DNA of 64,000 nucleotides from positions 1,302,001 through 1,366,000 of the forward strand of contig CAKKNE010000003.1 in NCBI GenBank assembly GCA_918797485.1, read 5' to 3'. Positions within the stretch are counted from its first letter, which is position 1, and each line of letters begins with the position of its first letter. Of this stretch, positions 61,389 through 64,000 are shown in pieces. Both the position numbers and the translations under genes were made by a program. Below the pieces are notes generated by a model. It saw nothing but the letters and a program-made list of their open reading frames with translations. It searched no databases and was not told where the DNA came from. This stretch comes from Pelagomonas calceolata. Lineage: Eukaryota.

Positions 61389-61412
61389 GCTAGCGTTCAA
61401 AGACACACTTAG
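61389..61412 (-). promoter_or_regulatory. CTAG-box intergenic motif (degenerate)
   Basis: Minus strand CTAAGTGTGTCTTTGAACGCTAGC in a divergent spacer. Confidence 0.5.
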
Positions 61413-61695
61413 GTCCTTAGGGAGAGCTAGAGCGCAAAACGCTGCGAACCGGGCATACGGTCAGTCCGGCCAGCGTGAGCGCCTCCAGCACGTCTCCTAC
61501 TGCTGCGCGGAGCCAGCCCTACAGCTTGACCCCAGAGACGTCCAAGCCTTGCAAAGCTGCAGCCGGCTGCCGCGACGCCAATCGGGGACGCGCGCGCGAT
61601 AGGGAGGCTCTGATCGCGCCGAAGACGCGACCTTGGGCGACGCGTCGACTGCGCAAAAAGCTTGCTGCAAAACAGCCACGTGCGCGACGAGAGCA

Positions 61696-64000
61696 ATGTC
61701 AAACCTCGCCCTATTACCGCCCACGGCCCACTGCGCCGTCGCCGACCGCGTCGAGCCCTACGGCCTCGTAGCCAACGGCTACGGCCCCTGCACGGCGCTC
61801 TCATTAGATAAGAGCGGCCGCCACGTCGCCGCCGGCTACGAGCGCGGCGCGCTGTTCGTCTGGGATCTCAGCGTGCGGGACGCGGCGCCGGCGCGCGCGG
61901 CGGTCGCGGCGCACGCGGCTGGCGTGCGCGCCGTGACGTGGCTCTCCTCGACGAGCCTCGCGACGAGCGGCGGCGATCAGAGCATAACGGTCTGGCGCCT
62001 GCATTTGGGACGAGGCCGGCTGTTCTGTCGCGCGCGCGCGGCCTTTGACGGCGTTTCGTTGGATTCATATGATCGCTCGTTGTTGGCCGTATCTACACAA
62101 GTCCCGCCGCGCGTCTTTGCCTGCCGCGACCTGCCGCTCGGAAATGAAACTGAATTTGAGGTCGGCGACCGCGTCCAGGCGCGGTGGAATGGGGAGCCCA
62201 CATGGTATGTCGGGACGCTTACGTCCGTAAATCCCTACGCTATTGACTACGACGACGGCGACCACGAGGATGATGTGGACTTGTCATTAATTCGCGCGTC
62301 GCGCCTGCCGGACCCGCCCCGGTACCCGACGCCCGATGCCGCGCCGCCGACCTGTTCCACAGTACTAGAGGGGCGCGACGTCGGCGCCCTCTGCGACGTG
62401 GCCTGTTTTGCGAACGACGGCGTCTTCGCGGCCAAGGGCGAGGACTGCTGGTGCGGCGAGGCAACTCTAAAATTGCATGGTAAAGTAAAAGCCGTCGCTT
62501 CTGCGTCAAAACATGTCGCTTGTGCCTGCAGTGACGGCGCCGTGCGCATCCTCAAGGTGGATACATCTATCATATTGTTACATTCCCTGAGGAACCCCAT
62601 CGACAAGGTCCAGTTCTCTTCACCAAGTTTCGGCGCCGGCGGCGAGCATTTGGTAGCAGCGGCGCACGTCGGGTCGCAGGTCCAATTTTACGTGTGGGAG
62701 GTCCAGAGCGGCCACTGTCTGGCGCGGCCGCGCGACGACGACAAGGACTCGCAGGACCGCGGGCCAATTCAAGCACTCGCGTGCCACGCGAACGGGGCCG
62801 TGATCTGCACGGCGGCCGCGCACGCGTCCCAGCACGCGATCCGCGTCTGGGCGGCGCCCGACGGTTTTAGTTGGCGGGCCTACGCGCCGAACTTTGAAGA
62901 ATTACACGAGAACATTACTTATAACGAGCGCGAGGACGAGTTCGACACGACCGTGGATAGCAAGGCCCCGTCGCATCCGCAAGCGGAGATTGAGGCGCTG
63001 CTGGGCGCGCATGGGTGCACTCTAGACGATGTTTTGAGGGTGGAACCGACGGTCTTCGACGCGGCGTCGGGCGAGTGGGTGCCGAACGCGGACGGGACCG
63101 AGGAGCTCGCCTTCGACGATACGTGGTCGGCGCCGGAGCGCGCGCGCTTCCGCCGGGCGCTCGCCGCGCTGCAGGGCGAGGATGAAGCGGAGGCGCCGGC
63201 GGCCGTGGAGGTGGAGGTCGTCGCGGAGGAATCGGAGCTGCTCGACGCCGTCGGCCTCCCGCCGCGGTCGCGGTCGCGGTCGCCCTCGCCCGCGCCGTCC
63301 TGGTCGTCAGAGGAGGACGAGGAGCCGCCCGCGTCGCCGGCGTCGTCGCCGTCGCTGCCGTCGTCGTCGCCGTCGCTGGAGCCGGCCCCGAAGGTGACGC
63401 CGCCCTCGCCGCCGGCCTCGCCGCCGCGGGAGACGACGAAGGCGTCGCCGCTCCGAGTGAAGCAGGTCGCTCGGCAGAGGAAGACCGCGCCGCCGCCTCC
63501 AGCCGTTGGCGGGGTCGCGGCGGCACCCCCACGGCAGAGGAAGGCCGTGCCGCCGCCACCGCCGCCGCCGGCCGTTGTTGAGCTCGCGGCGGCACCGCCG
63601 CTCCATCGTGCCACGCCCGCGGCCGGCGACTGGCGCATCATTGGCGCGCATGTACAAGATTCCGACGATGCGACGGTGCGCGGCGTCGTGACCGATTGCA
63701 CCCACGCTTTCAAGGAAGTAACGACGACGACTGGCTCCGTGGTGATGATGCGACGCTCAAAATTGACGCGAACGACGCTGACGGACGAGGAAGTTGCGCT
63801 CTGCGCGCGCCCAACGTCACTGAAGGACTACGTGCAAGCACGGATTGACGGCACGATACGGGTGAGCCACGGCGAGAACGGTCGAGAATTTAAGAACTGC
63901 TACACGTGCGCGGACGGCACGGAGCGGCGGCAATTCGAGGTCAAGGCTACTCATGTTCGGTGTGCCCTCTGTGGTGATGCGCATACGTGGTCCTTGGAAA
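61696..64000 (+). CDS. RBBP5: RBBP5/Swd1-like WD40 protein with inserted Tudor domain, 3'-partial (absent from the ORF track)
   Basis: My translation: MSNLALL, WD40 repeats, and WRAYAPNFEELHENITYNEREDEFD matching the RbBP5 acidic hinge. The frame stays open to the window end. Confidence 0.75.
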   Translation, partial: MSNLALLPPTAHCAVADRVEPYGLVANGYGPCTALSLDKSGRHVAAGYERGALFVWDLSVRDAAPARAAVAAHAAGVRAVTWLSSTSLATSGGDQSITVWRLHLGRGRLFCRARAAFDGVSLDSYDRSLLAVSTQVPPRVFACRDLPLGNETEFEVGDRVQARWNGEPTWYVGTLTSVNPYAIDYDDGDHEDDVDLSLIRASRLPDPPRYPTPDAAPPTCSTVLEGRDVGALCDVACFANDGVFAAKGEDCWCGEATLKLHGKVKAVASASKHVACACSDGAVRILKVDTSIILLHSLRNPIDKVQFSSPSFGAGGEHLVAAAHVGSQVQFYVWEVQSGHCLARPRDDDKDSQDRGPIQALACHANGAVICTAAAHASQHAIRVWAAPDGFSWRAYAPNFEELHENITYNEREDEFDTTVDSKAPSHPQAEIEALLGAHGCTLDDVLRVEPTVFDAASGEWVPNADGTEELAFDDTWSAPERARFRRALAALQGEDEAEAPAAVEVEVVAEESELLDAVGLPPRSRSRSPSPAPSWSSEEDEEPPASPASSPSLPSSSPSLEPAPKVTPPSPPASPPRETTKASPLRVKQVARQRKTAPPPPAVGGVAAAPPRQRKAVPPPPPPPAVVELAAAPPLHRATPAAGDWRIIGAHVQDSDDATVRGVVTDCTHAFKEVTTTTGSVVMMRRSKLTRTTLTDEEVALCARPTSLKDYVQARIDGTIRVSHGENGREFKNCYTCADGTERRQFEVKATHVRCALCGDAHTWSLE

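Noticed and set aside
4091..61412. CTAG-box copies as a CRISPR-like array
   Set aside because: Copies are kilobases apart and separated by whole eukaryotic genes; there are no cas genes or regular spacers.
63820..63950. Faint likeness (YV..; ERRxFEV) between the RBBP5-like tail and the 28861-29823 protein
   Set aside because: Too few residues to distinguish from chance without an alignment score.
1..64000. Hundreds of Arg/Ala/Pro-rich ORFs in the track
   Set aside because: They are antisense or alternate-frame shadows of real genes in GC-rich DNA, with no domain motifs.
1..64000. tRNA, rRNA or an autonomous transposase
   Set aside because: None was recognised by eye; the introner transposase must be encoded elsewhere or be lost.

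Overview
GC-rich, gene-dense eukaryotic nuclear DNA. The genes (spliceosomal U2SURP and SF3A1, TOM40, SURF1, NAA40, an RBBP5-like gene, apparent bipartite plastid-targeting leaders) and the introner-type introns point to a pelagophyte stramenopile such as Pelagomonas or Aureococcus; this assignment is inference. I can support about 42 coding regions. Most of the ORF track consists of GC-rich shadow frames. Two non-coding systems stand out. (1) A ~24-bp pseudo-palindromic intergenic element, consensus GCTAGTGTCTTACAnGCCGCTAGC, occurs at least 17 times. It is essentially one per spacer, almost always next to a gene 5' end, absent from coding regions and from the short convergent spacers, and 13 of 17 copies are on the + strand regardless of gene direction. 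I know of no description of it. (2) Eight introns plus remnants derive from a non-autonomous TIR transposon (introner). The 3' AG lies in the TIR and the 5' GT/GC is co-opted from an 8-bp target-site duplication. The copies form two subfamilies and a decay series from 209 to 59 nt. Other points of interest: a SAP30-SGF29-winged-helix fusion, an RBBP5-like protein with an inserted Tudor domain, a Kir channel with a C2H2 finger, a presequence-bearing bacterial-type SMR transporter, a head-to-head junction of two truncated genes, two neighbouring genes sharing one C-terminal tail, a possible 20-nt intron, and a candidate structured RNA. All coordinates were read by eye and no database searches were run.
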